A stretch of 63,725 nt of DNA, filler included, from Pseudomonadota bacterium (GCA_043825735.1; 8 parts of 8 records of this genome joined end to end with filler, not necessarily neighbours in it); one strand, 5' to 3'; counted from the whole stretch's first letter, positions 9,779 through 20,703 are shown. Notes: a model not told the origin generated them from the letters alone. Translations and numbers: made by a program.

Positions 9779-12169
9779 ATGGCTGCCAAACGGATAACTG
9801 CTGGAGTGCTGGCTGCAGTTCTATTGATGCTGCTCACCGCTTCTACAGCTACGGCAGACTCCCGTGATCAATATCTGCAGGCAGAGTCCTGCTACCGAAA
9901 ACTGCGCGAATCCCCTTCTCGGCAAAAATACCGTGATCAGTGGATGCGGTGTATCAACGGGTTCGAGGCGGTCCACAGCGACGAGCCCGACGGCGGCTGG
10001 GCGGCGGCAGGACTCTACATGGCCGGGACCCTCTACTTGGAACTGGCCCGGCGCTCATTTCTGACATCGGACCGGCAGGAAGGGCTGGACCGGTTGCAGC
10101 GGATCGTCAAACGTCATCCCGACAGTGCCTACCGGCCCAAGGCCGAAGCAGCCATCGCCGCCACCGCCTCGGACAAACCGAGCATCAAAGAGCAGACCCG
10201 GCGCCTGGATCCCAAGAGCGCCGAGCTCAGCCGCATTCAGGCAGCGCTCGCGGTGCTCACCAAAGATGCGGCCAAACGACGGTACCGCCACAATTGGCAA
10301 AAACTCATTGACGCGAGCCTTGCCGTCTATCACCGAGACCCGGACGGCCCTGCCGGCGCGGGGGCCTTGTACACCACCGGCCGGCTCTACCATGAGATGG
10401 CTGCCATTTCCCGCTTAAGCGCGGACCGGCGGGAAGCCGCCGATTATTACGCCCGGGTCATTCGGCATTTCCCCACTTCCGCCTACGCCGTGGAAGCTGA
10501 AACGCAGGCCGCCCGCCTGTTGAAAAGTGCCGGGGCGGCGCCGACGACTGCAGCGCCTGCGGCATCACCGAGCGAGGCCGCCAAGACGGCCAGCATCCGG
10601 TACACGCGGGCAGAGTCTGCGCGGCGGAACCTGATGGCGCATCCGTCTCACCAGAAGTATCGTGACAAATGGCAGAACATTATCGATGCGTATCTTTCAG
10701 CGACGGCGGCAGACCCGGACGGAGAGCTCGCCGCGGCGGGATTGTACCAGGCCGGATCTCTTTATCTGGATCTTTACAAGCACTCTTATCGCGACTCCGA
10801 TCAATCCTCGGGGATCCAGATTCTGGAAAGGGTGGTCAGGGATTTTCCCGATAGTCGCTACCGGGAAGAAGCGAAAAAAACGCTGGCGGCGGCAGCCCCG
10901 GAGCGTCTTGACGACAAATCTTCGGCGACAGCTCCCGTTGACCCCTTGAAGGACGTCATCGCGGCGGTAGCTGCGTCGGCGACTGCTGATGCGGCACCGG
11001 AAAAAAACGCGCCATCGGGAATCGCCACCGTTTCCGGGCTGCGCTACTGGTCAAATCCCAGATACACCCGCGTTGTCATCGACGCCGATCAGGAAGCGGC
11101 GTTTACTCACCGGCTGCTCAACGAAGACCCCAGCCAGGATAAACCTCACCGTCTTTTCGTCGACCTGGAGGGCTGCCGTCTGGGGGCCGATATGGCGCGC
11201 ATCATACCGATCAATGATGACCTTCTCAGCGATGCCCGTGCCGGCCAGAACACCAGTGATACGGTGCGGGTGGTCATCGACATCAAGTCTTTTCGAAATT
11301 ACAAGATTTTTTCGCTTAAAAACCCGTTTCGGGTCGTCATCGACGTCTGGGGTGAGGAAACGGCGCCACCGGCCACCGCTACTGCGGCCAAGCCCGTCCC
11401 TGGTAAAAAATTGCCGGTGGGGGCGCTGGTCAAGCAGTTGGCCCTGGGCGTGCAACGAATCGTCATCGACCCCGGTCACGGCGGCAAGGATTACGGGGCT
11501 CCCGGGTATGCCAAAGGCGTACACGAGAAAACCATCGTATTGAGTCTTGCCAAACAATTGGCCGAGATGATCCGCACCGAGATTGGCTGTGAAGTGGTTC
11601 TGACGCGCACAGGGGACACCTTTTTGCCCCTGGAGGAGCGCACCGCCTTTGCCAACACCCGCAACGCCGATCTGTTCATCTCCATCCACACCAATGCCGC
11701 CAGGGATAACCGGGCCTACGGCATTGAGACTTATTTTCTCAACCTCGCCACCGACGATGACGCCATCCGGGTGGCGGCACTGGAAAACGCCACGAGCACG
11801 AAGAACATCAGCGACCTTCAGGCGATTTTGTCCGATCTGATGCAAAACGCCAAAATCAACGAGTCGAGCCGGCTGGCCAATCATGTTCACGACAACATCA
11901 CCCAGGGGCTCAAAAAACACTACAACAAGATCAAGAGCAAAGGGGTCAAGCAAGCACCCTTTTACGTCCTGCTGGGGGCTCAGATGCCTGCCGTCCTGGT
12001 GGAGACCTCCTTCATCAGCAACCCCCGCGAATGCCAGCGGTTGACCGATGCGGCCTACCAGAAAAGACTCTGCCATGGAATTGTCACCGGCATTAAGGCC
12101 TACATCGAAGAGGCTAACCCTTCGGCCTTTCATAAGGATCGCGGGGCCGGCAATGCCGGAAAAGGATAG
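9779..12169 (+). CDS. N-acetylmuramoyl-L-alanine amidase (TPR-like repeats, AMIN, Amidase_3)
   Basis: Signal peptide; AMIN-like RVVID; IDPGHGGKD, EK, SIHTN, LVE catalytic motifs. Confidence 0.92.
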   Translation: MAAKRITAGVLAAVLLMLLTASTATADSRDQYLQAESCYRKLRESPSRQKYRDQWMRCINGFEAVHSDEPDGGWAAAGLYMAGTLYLELARRSFLTSDRQEGLDRLQRIVKRHPDSAYRPKAEAAIAATASDKPSIKEQTRRLDPKSAELSRIQAALAVLTKDAAKRRYRHNWQKLIDASLAVYHRDPDGPAGAGALYTTGRLYHEMAAISRLSADRREAADYYARVIRHFPTSAYAVEAETQAARLLKSAGAAPTTAAPAASPSEAAKTASIRYTRAESARRNLMAHPSHQKYRDKWQNIIDAYLSATAADPDGELAAAGLYQAGSLYLDLYKHSYRDSDQSSGIQILERVVRDFPDSRYREEAKKTLAAAAPERLDDKSSATAPVDPLKDVIAAVAASATADAAPEKNAPSGIATVSGLRYWSNPRYTRVVIDADQEAAFTHRLLNEDPSQDKPHRLFVDLEGCRLGADMARIIPINDDLLSDARAGQNTSDTVRVVIDIKSFRNYKIFSLKNPFRVVIDVWGEETAPPATATAAKPVPGKKLPVGALVKQLALGVQRIVIDPGHGGKDYGAPGYAKGVHEKTIVLSLAKQLAEMIRTEIGCEVVLTRTGDTFLPLEERTAFANTRNADLFISIHTNAARDNRAYGIETYFLNLATDDDAIRVAALENATSTKNISDLQAILSDLMQNAKINESSRLANHVHDNITQGLKKHYNKIKSKGVKQAPFYVLLGAQMPAVLVETSFISNPRECQRLTDAAYQKRLCHGIVTGIKAYIEEANPSAFHKDRGAGNAGKG

Positions 12170-12175
12170 CCTCGC

Positions 12176-13054
12176 ATGGCACGGATGAACCCTGCAACGG
12201 CGATGGTGGGCGGCATCTTCGCTGTTTCCACCGGCGCCATTTTCGCCCGACTCGCCCATTCGCCCCCACTGGTCACCGCGGCCTACCGAGTGGGCTTGGC
12301 GGTTTTGATCATGGCCCCTGTGTGTATTTATCTGTCTCGAAATGCATGGCAGCGGCTGACCCGGCGCCATCTGCTGACGGGCATTGCCGCTGGCGCCTTT
12401 CTTGCCCTTCATTTTGCGACATGGATCGCTTCACTGGACTACACCTCGGTGGCCAACAGCGTCGTATTGGTGAACACCAATCCATTGTGGGTGGGGCTCT
12501 TGAGCCCGTTGGTGACCGGAGAGCGCGTGCACCGGCTCACCGCCGTGGGAATCGCCCTCAGTCTGTTCGGCGGCGCGCTGATCGGTTACGGTGATGCCGC
12601 CGCCGGCAGCAGCGCCCTCACCGGAGATCTGCTGGCGCTGACCGGCGGCGTGTGCGCCGCCGGCTACCTGATGCTGGGGCGCAATCTGCGACGGCACCTT
12701 CCGGTGTCGGCATATGTTCTGATCTGCTACGGCAGTGCGGCAATCATTCTTTGGCTGCTGGTGGGCCTTTTTCGCCAACCGGTGACCGGTTTCGATGCGG
12801 ACACCTGGGGGGCTTTTATCGGGATGGCCCTTATCGCCCAGGTTATCGGCCACACCAGCTATAACTGGGCTCTGGGTTGGGTCTCACCGGGACTGGTGGC
12901 CGTCAGTCTTCTGGGTGAGCCGGTGTGTGCCAGCATCATGGCCTATATCCTGTTCGATGAGGGGCTCTCACCGTTGAAACTGGCCGGTGGCGGGGTCATC
13001 CTGGCGGCCATTACACTGTCGACGCTGGGTGAAAAACGCGTTAGATCCGATTGA
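12176..13054 (+). CDS. DMT/EamA family transporter
   Basis: About 10 TM helices; SLDYTSVA and GEPV motifs. Confidence 0.9.
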   Translation: MARMNPATAMVGGIFAVSTGAIFARLAHSPPLVTAAYRVGLAVLIMAPVCIYLSRNAWQRLTRRHLLTGIAAGAFLALHFATWIASLDYTSVANSVVLVNTNPLWVGLLSPLVTGERVHRLTAVGIALSLFGGALIGYGDAAAGSSALTGDLLALTGGVCAAGYLMLGRNLRRHLPVSAYVLICYGSAAIILWLLVGLFRQPVTGFDADTWGAFIGMALIAQVIGHTSYNWALGWVSPGLVAVSLLGEPVCASIMAYILFDEGLSPLKLAGGGVILAAITLSTLGEKRVRSD

Positions 13055-13152
13055 CAACACTACCGGGCTCGGGGTAATTCGGGGCACTGACGCTCCTATC
13101 CCCCGGCATCCCGGTTCCGGTGGTGCTCAAACCCGATACGATGGAGGATTTC

Positions 13153-13944
13153 ATGTCTTATCTGCACATTCTTTTCGACATCACCGACGGTATCGCCGTC
13201 ATCACCTTCAATCGCCCCAAAGCCTTGAACGCACTCAACCGTGCGCTGCTCGATGAGCTGACCGCCGCGCTGACCGCGGTAGCGGCCGATGAAGCCATTC
13301 GGGTTCTGATCCTGACAGGAGACGGGGACAAAGCGTTCGTTGCCGGTGCGGATATCACCGAGATCGCCTCCTGCAATGCGCTGACGGCGAAGATGTTTGC
13401 CCGCCAGGGACAGCAGGCCATCAATCAACTTCAGGCGCTGCCCATTCCGGTGGTCGCGGCAGTCAATGGCTATGCCTTGGGCGGCGGCAGCGAAATGGCC
13501 CTGGCCTGCGATTTTATCTACGCTTCGGAAAACGCCATGTTCGGCCTGCCGGAAATCAATCTCGGTATCATTCCCGGATTCGGCGGGACCCAGCGGTTGC
13601 CTCGGGCGGTGGGCGCCGGCCGGGCCAAGGAAATGATTTTTACCGGCACCATGATCTCGGCATCGGAAGCCATGGATCTTGGGCTGGTCAATAAAGTCGT
13701 ACCCCAGGAAGAATTGATGGGGGCCGTTATGAAGACTGCGCGCATCATGGCCTCAAAAGGAAAGGTGTCGCTGCGGGCCGCCAAGGAGGCCGTCAACCGA
13801 GGCGCCGATGTAGATCTTAATACGGGCTGTCAGATCGAAGCCGATGCGTTTGCCCTCTGCGTGGCCAGCGAAGATGCCGCCGAGGGAACCAGCGCCTTTC
13901 TGGAGAAACGCAAACCGGCATTCAAAGGAAGCCGCAGCAGCTGA
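13153..13944 (+). CDS. Enoyl-CoA hydratase (crotonase)
   Basis: NRPKALNAL, AGADI, GGG.E, PEINLGIIPGFGGTQRL; GGAGG RBS before ATG 13153. Confidence 0.93.
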   Translation: MSYLHILFDITDGIAVITFNRPKALNALNRALLDELTAALTAVAADEAIRVLILTGDGDKAFVAGADITEIASCNALTAKMFARQGQQAINQLQALPIPVVAAVNGYALGGGSEMALACDFIYASENAMFGLPEINLGIIPGFGGTQRLPRAVGAGRAKEMIFTGTMISASEAMDLGLVNKVVPQEELMGAVMKTARIMASKGKVSLRAAKEAVNRGADVDLNTGCQIEADAFALCVASEDAAEGTSAFLEKRKPAFKGSRSS

Positions 13945-13956
13945 CCACCCAATGGC

Positions 13957-13996
13957 AAAAAAATCGGGTCGTGGGGATTTCCCCACGGCCCAATTT
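13957..13996. terminator. Hairpin after crotonase gene
   Basis: gggtcgtgggg-attt-ccccacggccc flanked by A and T runs. Confidence 0.45.
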
Positions 13997-14058
13997 ATTG
14001 TGCCCCAACTTGAGCCCATCCAGAAGTGGATTGGCACTAACTTGAGCAGGAGAAATTC

Positions 14059-14490
14059 ATGCGGGTCGAACAAATATCGGTATTTCTGGAAAACAAGGCC
14101 GGTCGTCTGGCCGAGGTGGCCGGGATTCTGAGTGAAGCCGGTGTCAATATCAGGGCGTTATCGGTGGCGGACACTTCCGACTTCGGCATACTTCGGCTCA
14201 TTGTCAACGATAACCAGAAAGCCAAAGAGACACTGCGCACGCATGGATTCACCGTCGGCAAGACGAATGTCCTCGCCGTTGAAGTGCCGGATCAACCGGG
14301 CGGACTGCACCGCATCTTGAGCATCCTCAACACGGCGGATGTCAATGTTGAGTACATGTACGCGTTTGTGCATCAATGCGGTGATAACGCCGTCATGATC
14401 TTCCGTTTCGAGAAGATAGATGAGGCGGAGAAGGTGTTGTCTGAAAATGGGGTGACGGTCATCGACGGCAATACGCTCTACGCGTTGTAG
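14059..14490 (+). CDS. Tandem ACT-domain protein
   Basis: [35 protein letters not shown]. Confidence 0.92.
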   Translation: MRVEQISVFLENKAGRLAEVAGILSEAGVNIRALSVADTSDFGILRLIVNDNQKAKETLRTHGFTVGKTNVLAVEVPDQPGGLHRILSILNTADVNVEYMYAFVHQCGDNAVMIFRFEKIDEAEKVLSENGVTVIDGNTLYAL

Positions 14491-14700
14491 ATACTGTTTT
14501 ACCGGTTCGGAGGTGACGGGACAGGCGCGACCGGTTTTACGCTGGCGTACGATTGGTTGTGGCTGCTCAGATTCATGGGCTTGGGTAGCTGGTGCGTTCG
14601 GTGTCCGCTTGATTTCCCGTTTGCAGGTCCGCCGAATAAGACCCCGGATGCGGCGGCAACTGCCCGCCATATTCCCCATTTCCGCAACACCCCCGAAGCA

Positions 14701-14730
14701 TTGACATTATTGCAGGCTTTGCGTTATATT
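14701..14730 (+). promoter_or_regulatory. Putative sigma70 promoter
   Basis: TTGACA-N18-TATATT upstream of the 14796 ORF. Confidence 0.45.
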
Positions 14731-14795
14731 TCCGAACCGTGGAAAAGCGACGGTTTTGGGTATCAGACCGTATATAGAACCGACATGGACATGCA

Positions 14796-15068
14796 ATGAC
14801 CGATAACCGTCAATCATTTCAAACAATCTGGGGTATTGCCCTGGTGCTTGCGGGCATCGGTGTCTTTTATCGCATCCCACAGGTCATGCCGCAGATACAG
14901 GCGGCCGGATTCTTTCCGGACGCGCAGGGATTTATCCGGTTCTGCTTCTATTTTATCGGCGCGGCACTGCTCTTTGGGGGAGGCAAAAAGCTGATCGGTA
15001 TTTACCGGAGCGAAAAAATACCGTCTGCGGTGGACAGCAATGAACCCAAAGACACACCCCCGCAGTGA
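14796..15068 (+). CDS. Hypothetical membrane protein (2 TM)
   Basis: Two hydrophobic segments, plausible size and position. Confidence 0.65.
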   Translation: MTDNRQSFQTIWGIALVLAGIGVFYRIPQVMPQIQAAGFFPDAQGFIRFCFYFIGAALLFGGGKKLIGIYRSEKIPSAVDSNEPKDTPPQ

Positions 15069-15190
15069 TCCGGCGCGTCACTTGAGACCTACCGGTGACC
15101 ACAACGCGGGGATTGAAATTGATTTAGTCACGAACCGATTGCCACCGGGGTGAAGGCCTGCCCCGGCAACCAACTGGTACGAGGAATAAC

Positions 15191-17503
15191 ATGCCTGCGA
15201 CTCCGATACCCAATAGCGCCAACAACGCCGACGACGTCCAAAATCTCAAGAGCGAGGTCGAGTACCGCACCCGGTTGCAGGAAATCTGCAACAAAATATA
15301 TGCGGCGAAAAATCTTGACGAGATCCTCATCAACCTTAAGGATGAAATCACTGGTTTGTTGGAGGCCGAACGCATCACTGTGTACGTGGTGGACGGCAAA
15401 AGCAGGGAACTGGTTTCCCGTTTCAAATCCGGAGAGGAAATCGGTGAAATACGCATTCCGGTATCTCCCAACAGCCTCGCCGGTTGCTCGGCCTTCAAGC
15501 AGAAACTCATCAACATCACCAACGCTTACGATGACGCCGAACTCAAGCGGATCGATCCGAACCTGAAATTCGACTCCAGCTGGGACCAGAAAACGGGTTT
15601 TCGGACCAAGGCCGTTCTTGTGTATCCGATCATCTATAAGAAATTTCTTCTGGGGGCCATCCAGCTCATCAACCGGACCTCGGGAGAGCGTTTTGAAGAA
15701 CGCGACGAATTTGCCGTCGAGGAGCTGGCCAAGATTCTGGGCATAGCGCTCTACAACCAGAAACGGATGGCCCGGGGACGGCCCACCAAATTTGATTACT
15801 TTCTTGAAAACCACATCCTGACCCAGAAGGAGCTCGACAAGGCCATCTCCGAGGCCCGCCAGGCCAAGTCATCCATAGAAAGCATTCTGATGGCGGACTA
15901 CAAGATCCCGAAAAGCGAGATCGGCAAGTCCCTGAGCAATTTTTACAAAGTCCCGTTTGTCGAGTTCAACAAGAACGCGCCCATCCCCGGCGAGCTGCTC
16001 CGAGGGCTCAAGGTCCCCTTCATGAAGAGCAACAACTTCGTTCCGTTGCGGACCGAGGATGGGAAAGTCATCGTTTTGACCGACAATCCCAACGATCTTC
16101 AGAAGGCAGACAGCATCCGGATGCTCTTCCCCGGCAAGACGCTTTCCTTCCATGTGTCGATGAAAGACGACATCCAGGAATACATCGGTATCTTCACCCA
16201 GGACGAAAAAGAACTGGCGTCCATGGACGAAATCCTTTCCCAACTGGCCGGTGAGGACGGAGAGATCGAGGAGGACATCTCATCGGTGGGCGATGAGGAC
16301 AGTGCCGTCGTCCAGCTGGTCAACAAGATCATTATCGATGCCTACAACCGGGGTGCCTCCGATATTCACATCGAACCCTACCCGGGCAAGCAGAACACCC
16401 AGGTGCGCATCCGGGTGGACGGCGCCTGCTCGGTGTACCAGACGATCCCGTATGCTTACCGCAACGCCATCTCGTCGCGGCTCAAGATCATGAGTGACCT
16501 GGACATCGCCGAACGCCGCAAACCCCAGGACGGAAAAATCAAGTTTAAAAAGTTCGGCGGTCTCGACATCGAACTGCGTGTGGCCAGTGTCCCGACTCAG
16601 GGAGGCATGGAAGACATCGTCATGCGTATCCTGGCGGCCGGTGAGCCGATCCCGCTGGATAAACTCGGCCTCACGCCTCAAAACTACGAGAATTTTATCA
16701 GCATCGTCACTCAACCCTACGGCATCATTTTTGTCTGCGGTCCGACCGGCTCGGGTAAAACGACATCGCTGCACAGCGCTCTGGGTTATATCAACAAGAC
16801 GGAAACCAAAATCTGGACCGCAGAGGACCCCGTTGAAATCACCCAGCGAGGGCTCAGGCAGGTGCAGGTGCAGTCCAAAATCGGTTTTGATTTTGCCGCC
16901 GCCATGCGCGCTTTTCTCCGCGCTGACCCGGACGTCATCATGGTGGGTGAAATGCGTGACAAGGAGACGACCTCCATCGGCATCGAAGCCTCACTCACCG
17001 GCCATTTGGTCTTTTCCACCCTGCACACCAACAGTGCGCCGGAAAGCATCACGCGACTGCTCGATATGGGCATGGACCCATTCAACTTTTCGGACGCCAT
17101 CCTGGGCATCCTCGCCCAGCGTCTCGGCAGGACGCTTTGCAAGAAATGCAAGCAAGCCCATCATCTCTCGGAGAAGGAATACAAGGAACTGGTTCGTGAA
17201 TACGGGGACGATGAGGCATTTAAAAAATACGTGAACATCCCCTACTCGGATGAGCTCACCATCAACAAGCCCAATGGCTGCGAGAAGTGCAACAACACCG
17301 GCTATGCCGGTCGAATGGGGCTCCATGAACTGCTCATGGGAACCGACGAAATGAAAGCGCTCATTCAGGTTAAATCCAAGATGGAGCTCCTGAGGGAGAA
17401 GGCCATCGCGGATGGTATGACGACCCTGAAGCAGGACGGCATCGGGAAAATCTTCGGTGGGAATATGGACCTGCTCCAGGTGCGCAAGGTGTGCATCAAA
17501 TAA
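15191..17503 (+). CDS. GAF-domain GspE/PilB family ATPase
   Basis: N-terminal GAF (FD..WDQKTGFRTK, QLINR); ASDIHIEP, GPTGSGKTT, GEMRD, HTNS, two CxxC. Confidence 0.92.
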   Translation: MPATPIPNSANNADDVQNLKSEVEYRTRLQEICNKIYAAKNLDEILINLKDEITGLLEAERITVYVVDGKSRELVSRFKSGEEIGEIRIPVSPNSLAGCSAFKQKLINITNAYDDAELKRIDPNLKFDSSWDQKTGFRTKAVLVYPIIYKKFLLGAIQLINRTSGERFEERDEFAVEELAKILGIALYNQKRMARGRPTKFDYFLENHILTQKELDKAISEARQAKSSIESILMADYKIPKSEIGKSLSNFYKVPFVEFNKNAPIPGELLRGLKVPFMKSNNFVPLRTEDGKVIVLTDNPNDLQKADSIRMLFPGKTLSFHVSMKDDIQEYIGIFTQDEKELASMDEILSQLAGEDGEIEEDISSVGDEDSAVVQLVNKIIIDAYNRGASDIHIEPYPGKQNTQVRIRVDGACSVYQTIPYAYRNAISSRLKIMSDLDIAERRKPQDGKIKFKKFGGLDIELRVASVPTQGGMEDIVMRILAAGEPIPLDKLGLTPQNYENFISIVTQPYGIIFVCGPTGSGKTTSLHSALGYINKTETKIWTAEDPVEITQRGLRQVQVQSKIGFDFAAAMRAFLRADPDVIMVGEMRDKETTSIGIEASLTGHLVFSTLHTNSAPESITRLLDMGMDPFNFSDAILGILAQRLGRTLCKKCKQAHHLSEKEYKELVREYGDDEAFKKYVNIPYSDELTINKPNGCEKCNNTGYAGRMGLHELLMGTDEMKALIQVKSKMELLREKAIADGMTTLKQDGIGKIFGGNMDLLQVRKVCIK

Positions 17504-17622
17504 AGATAGGGTTCGAGGGTTCGAGGTGTCGAGGGGCCAAGGGTCAAGGGCAACACCTTGGCCCTTTTTTACTTCTGGGTGGCGTTCAGGCCGCCTGCGG
17601 CGGCGTTCCGGGTTCCAGGTTC

Positions 17623-17676
17623 GGCGCGTTGAGAGCGTTGAGAGCGTTAGGATCGTTAGGATCGGACGGATCGGTC
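17623..17676 (+). repeat. 9-bp tandem array (RGAKCGTTN), about 6 units
   Basis: ggcgcgttg agagcgttg agagcgtta ggatcgtta ggatcggac ggatcggtc. Confidence 0.75.
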
Positions 17677-17816
17677 TTGGTGTTTCTGTCCTCTGCCCTC
17701 TGCCCTCTGCCCTCTGTCCTCTGGCAGTTTCCGGCCGCAGGCCGCCCAATGTTTCGCTGTTAATCGGTGTAATCTGTGGATAACCTGCAGTTACCGTTTC
17801 TGTTGTCTGTCATCTG

Positions 17817-19652
17817 TCATCTGTCGTCTGTCATCGCGCTTTTTATCTTCGCGATCTGAGCGCGGTAGTAGGCTTGGTTGGTGTCGGCGGCGGCCATGGC
17901 GGCTTCGGCAGCACTGAGCGCCTCGCTCAAGTTGCCGTTGATGTAGTGGCATTCGGCAAGGGTGTCGAGCACATAGGATCCCGGCAACAGTTCTGCCGCC
18001 CGTTTGGCCAGCAGCAGTGCCCGATCGGGGTCGCGAATGTGTTCATCATCGCTGGTGGCCAGCAGCCAGGCCAGATTGTTCAGGACCCGAGGGGCGTCCG
18101 GCCGTCCCTTAAGTGCTTTGTCATAGGCGCGCACCGCTTCCGTGATCGCCCCCTTGTTCTGGAGCAGATCCCCCAGCACGCCGTAAAGATCCGGATCTTC
18201 CGGGTGACGCTCCAACTCCCGGCGAACGACCGTTTCCAAAAGGTGATGGTCCAGCAGGGCGCCTGAATCGCTATAGTGCAGATGGTACCCCAAGACTGCG
18301 AATCCTGCGAGCACCACCAGATAGGCGGCCATGCTGTTTCTGATCTTCCGATTGTGGCGGGCGATCCAACTGCGGTCTGATTCACACCGCGTCATGTAGT
18401 CGATGCGCTGAGTAATGCTGAAGTGGTGCCAGTTGGGTTTGTCCGGGCGCTGGTGGCCGGAGAAGCCTATTTTTTCCAGCGTTCGGATCAGGGGGATTCC
18501 GCTGGGAAACAGAGCGTAAACATAGGTGTCTGCCTGGCGCTCGAAATTGCGCATGAAATAGCCGAAAACAAACCGGAAATAGAGGAGGAAAATGCCGATG
18601 ATGATCGCGCTGAACACGATGCTGGTGACGGCGGCAGGGTCATCGCCGCCAAGAAAAGTGATCATGCTGTAGAGCGGCTGGAAATAGACGAGCAAAAAGA
18701 GGATCAGGTCATAGACGGCAAAGCTGATGAGCACGTAGCCGGCGAAAAAAAGGAGATAAAACAGCAGGTGGCGTTTTTTGACATGCCCGATCTCGTGGGC
18801 AATGACCGCATCGAATTCTTCGGGGCTTAGATAGTCGACGAGTGCTTCAGTGACGAGAATATACCGGAATCGCCGGGCAAGGCCCATCACGCCGGCGGTG
18901 ATCATACGGCCGCCGTGAATGGGCCAGTAAAGGATGTCCCGATAGCCGATGCCGGCGCGCAGGCAGAGCGCGGCGATGCGGTTGCGGACGTCGCCCGGGC
19001 CCACCGGGACGCAGCGCCAGAATCGCTGAATGATCGCCGGTCCGATAACGGCGACGATAAAAAGAAATACCAGAAAAAAACTCATCTCGCCGGAGGGCGT
19101 TTTGATAACGGCCTGAAGCGGCGGGTAGGGTACGAGCAGGAGCAGATCGGAAATGACAGAGATGAGAAACCAGGGGATCAGCACCGGTATGGCAAAGGTG
19201 ATGTTGCTGCGGATGTATTGACCACGCGTCTCCTGGCTGCCGGTCAGCAAGCGGTAGACCGAATAGCTACCGTGCCACACGATGGCGGCGTACCCGATGT
19301 ACAGCAGCAGAAAATGGGCGGCCAGCACCGTTGGAAACATTCTGAGCACGGCGGAATGGCTGAATAAAGACGGCAGCCCCAGGCCATACACGTCCATGGC
19401 GAACATCAGTATCGACATGATCATGAACTGGGTCTGCAGCGTGGAAAATCGGTCGTCCACAACTTCCAGATCCGTTGAGGAACCGTTCACCCGAAGCCGC
19501 CGGAACCCGAACTGGACAAGCGCGGCAAACAGGGCCCCTTTCAGCAAGAACACCACCGTCGTTTCCAAGATGGGCAGTGGCAGGCGCTCTGCCGGCGGGT
19601 ATGTGGAGAAGATCAGGATGACGATGATAAAGTATATGAAATTTCCGAACAT
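17817..19652 (-). CDS. M48 family membrane metalloprotease with C-terminal TPR
   Basis: Multiple TM helices, HEIGH, ERQAD, TPR with NNLAWLLAT. Confidence 0.9.
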   Translation of the reverse strand: MFGNFIYFIIVILIFSTYPPAERLPLPILETTVVFLLKGALFAALVQFGFRRLRVNGSSTDLEVVDDRFSTLQTQFMIMSILMFAMDVYGLGLPSLFSHSAVLRMFPTVLAAHFLLLYIGYAAIVWHGSYSVYRLLTGSQETRGQYIRSNITFAIPVLIPWFLISVISDLLLLVPYPPLQAVIKTPSGEMSFFLVFLFIVAVIGPAIIQRFWRCVPVGPGDVRNRIAALCLRAGIGYRDILYWPIHGGRMITAGVMGLARRFRYILVTEALVDYLSPEEFDAVIAHEIGHVKKRHLLFYLLFFAGYVLISFAVYDLILFLLVYFQPLYSMITFLGGDDPAAVTSIVFSAIIIGIFLLYFRFVFGYFMRNFERQADTYVYALFPSGIPLIRTLEKIGFSGHQRPDKPNWHHFSITQRIDYMTRCESDRSWIARHNRKIRNSMAAYLVVLAGFAVLGYHLHYSDSGALLDHHLLETVVRRELERHPEDPDLYGVLGDLLQNKGAITEAVRAYDKALKGRPDAPRVLNNLAWLLATSDDEHIRDPDRALLLAKRAAELLPGSYVLDTLAECHYINGNLSEALSAAEAAMAAADTNQAYYRAQIAKIKSAMTDDR

Positions 19653-19685
19653 GATGATTCACCGGTAGCCCTTCGGGCCGCCAAC

Positions 19686-19811
19686 TGAGCGTTAGGAGCG
19701 TTAGGAGCGTTAGGATCGTTTAGATCGTTTAGATCGTTTAGATCGTTTAGATCGTTTAGATCGTTGGGATCGTTGGGATCGTTGGGATCGTTAGGATCGT
19801 TTAGATCGTCG
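19686..19811 (+). repeat. 9-bp tandem array (RGATCGTTN), 14 units
   Basis: Units counted directly. Confidence 0.92.
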
Positions 19812-20172
19812 AAAAAGTTGTGAAAAGTGAATAGTAAAAAGTTAATAGAAAAGAGATTGTTATCTGCGGTTCATTGTTCTCCGTCACTGCTTCAATATCA
19901 CTGTGGGAAAAACCAACTGGCGCTTTCCGCATAAGCGTGTTTGGTTTTTCTGACCTCTGACCTCTGACCTCTGACCTCTGGCAGTTCCCGGCCGAAGGCC
20001 GCCAATTCCTATCCGCGCAATCCGTGTAATCCGCGCCAAAATCGCTGTTGCCGTTGTCTTTTCGGCCGCAGGCCGCCCACCTGTTTATTTTAATCTGTGT
20101 TAATCTGCGTAATCTGTGGATAACCCGCAGTTGTTGTTGCTCTTACGGTTTCCCTTCGACCTAAGGCCGCCG

Positions 20173-20703
20173 TCAAAAGCGCCAGTATCGATCCTTTTCG
20201 CTGTAGATGCACCCGCAATAAGGCTGCCGGTACATTTCCAGGGCCTTTGAACGGTCAATGCCTTCCTGCCATCCGGTGCGGAAATCGCGGTAAAGAAAGG
20301 CAACGCCCTTTTCCCTCCCGATCTCTTCTCCGATGGCCTGAATCAACGCATGGTTCTGGTACCGGCTGTAGAGCAGCGTCGATGAAAAATACTTGAAATT
20401 TTCCTTGCGGGCAATCTCGGCCACGGCGGTCAGTCGCGCGCGGTAGCAGTGGCGGCAGCGATCCGTCTCCCGGTTGACGGCGTTTCGAAGAAAGCCCTCC
20501 AGATCGTAGACGTCCTCACAGACGACCGGCAGCGCCATCGCCTTGGCATAGTCCAGAAGGGTTTTTTCCCGGCGGCGGCATTCGGTGAGGGGGTGAATAT
20601 TGCTGCGGTGAAAATAGCCCGCCACCTCGATCCCCTCGCTTCTGAGGACATCGAGCGGATAAATGGTGCACGGGCCGCAGCAGGTGTGCAGAAGGCATTT
20701 CAA
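20173..20703 (-). CDS. queH: Epoxyqueuosine reductase QueH (DUF208)
   Basis: LLHTCCGPC, NIHP, CxxC, YRQPYCGCIYS. Confidence 0.92.
   Translation of the reverse strand: MKCLLHTCCGPCTIYPLDVLRSEGIEVAGYFHRSNIHPLTECRRREKTLLDYAKAMALPVVCEDVYDLEGFLRNAVNRETDRCRHCYRARLTAVAEIARKENFKYFSSTLLYSRYQNHALIQAIGEEIGREKGVAFLYRDFRTGWQEGIDRSKALEMYRQPYCGCIYSEKDRYWRF

Noticed and set aside
11051..12412. Long antisense ORFs (also 8353-9639, 25022-26179, 35489-36535)
   Set aside because: Shadows of well-supported genes in GC-rich DNA
14032..14046. Sigma54 promoter TGGCAC..TTG before the ACT gene
   Set aside because: No GC at the required GG-N10-GC position and too close to the RBS
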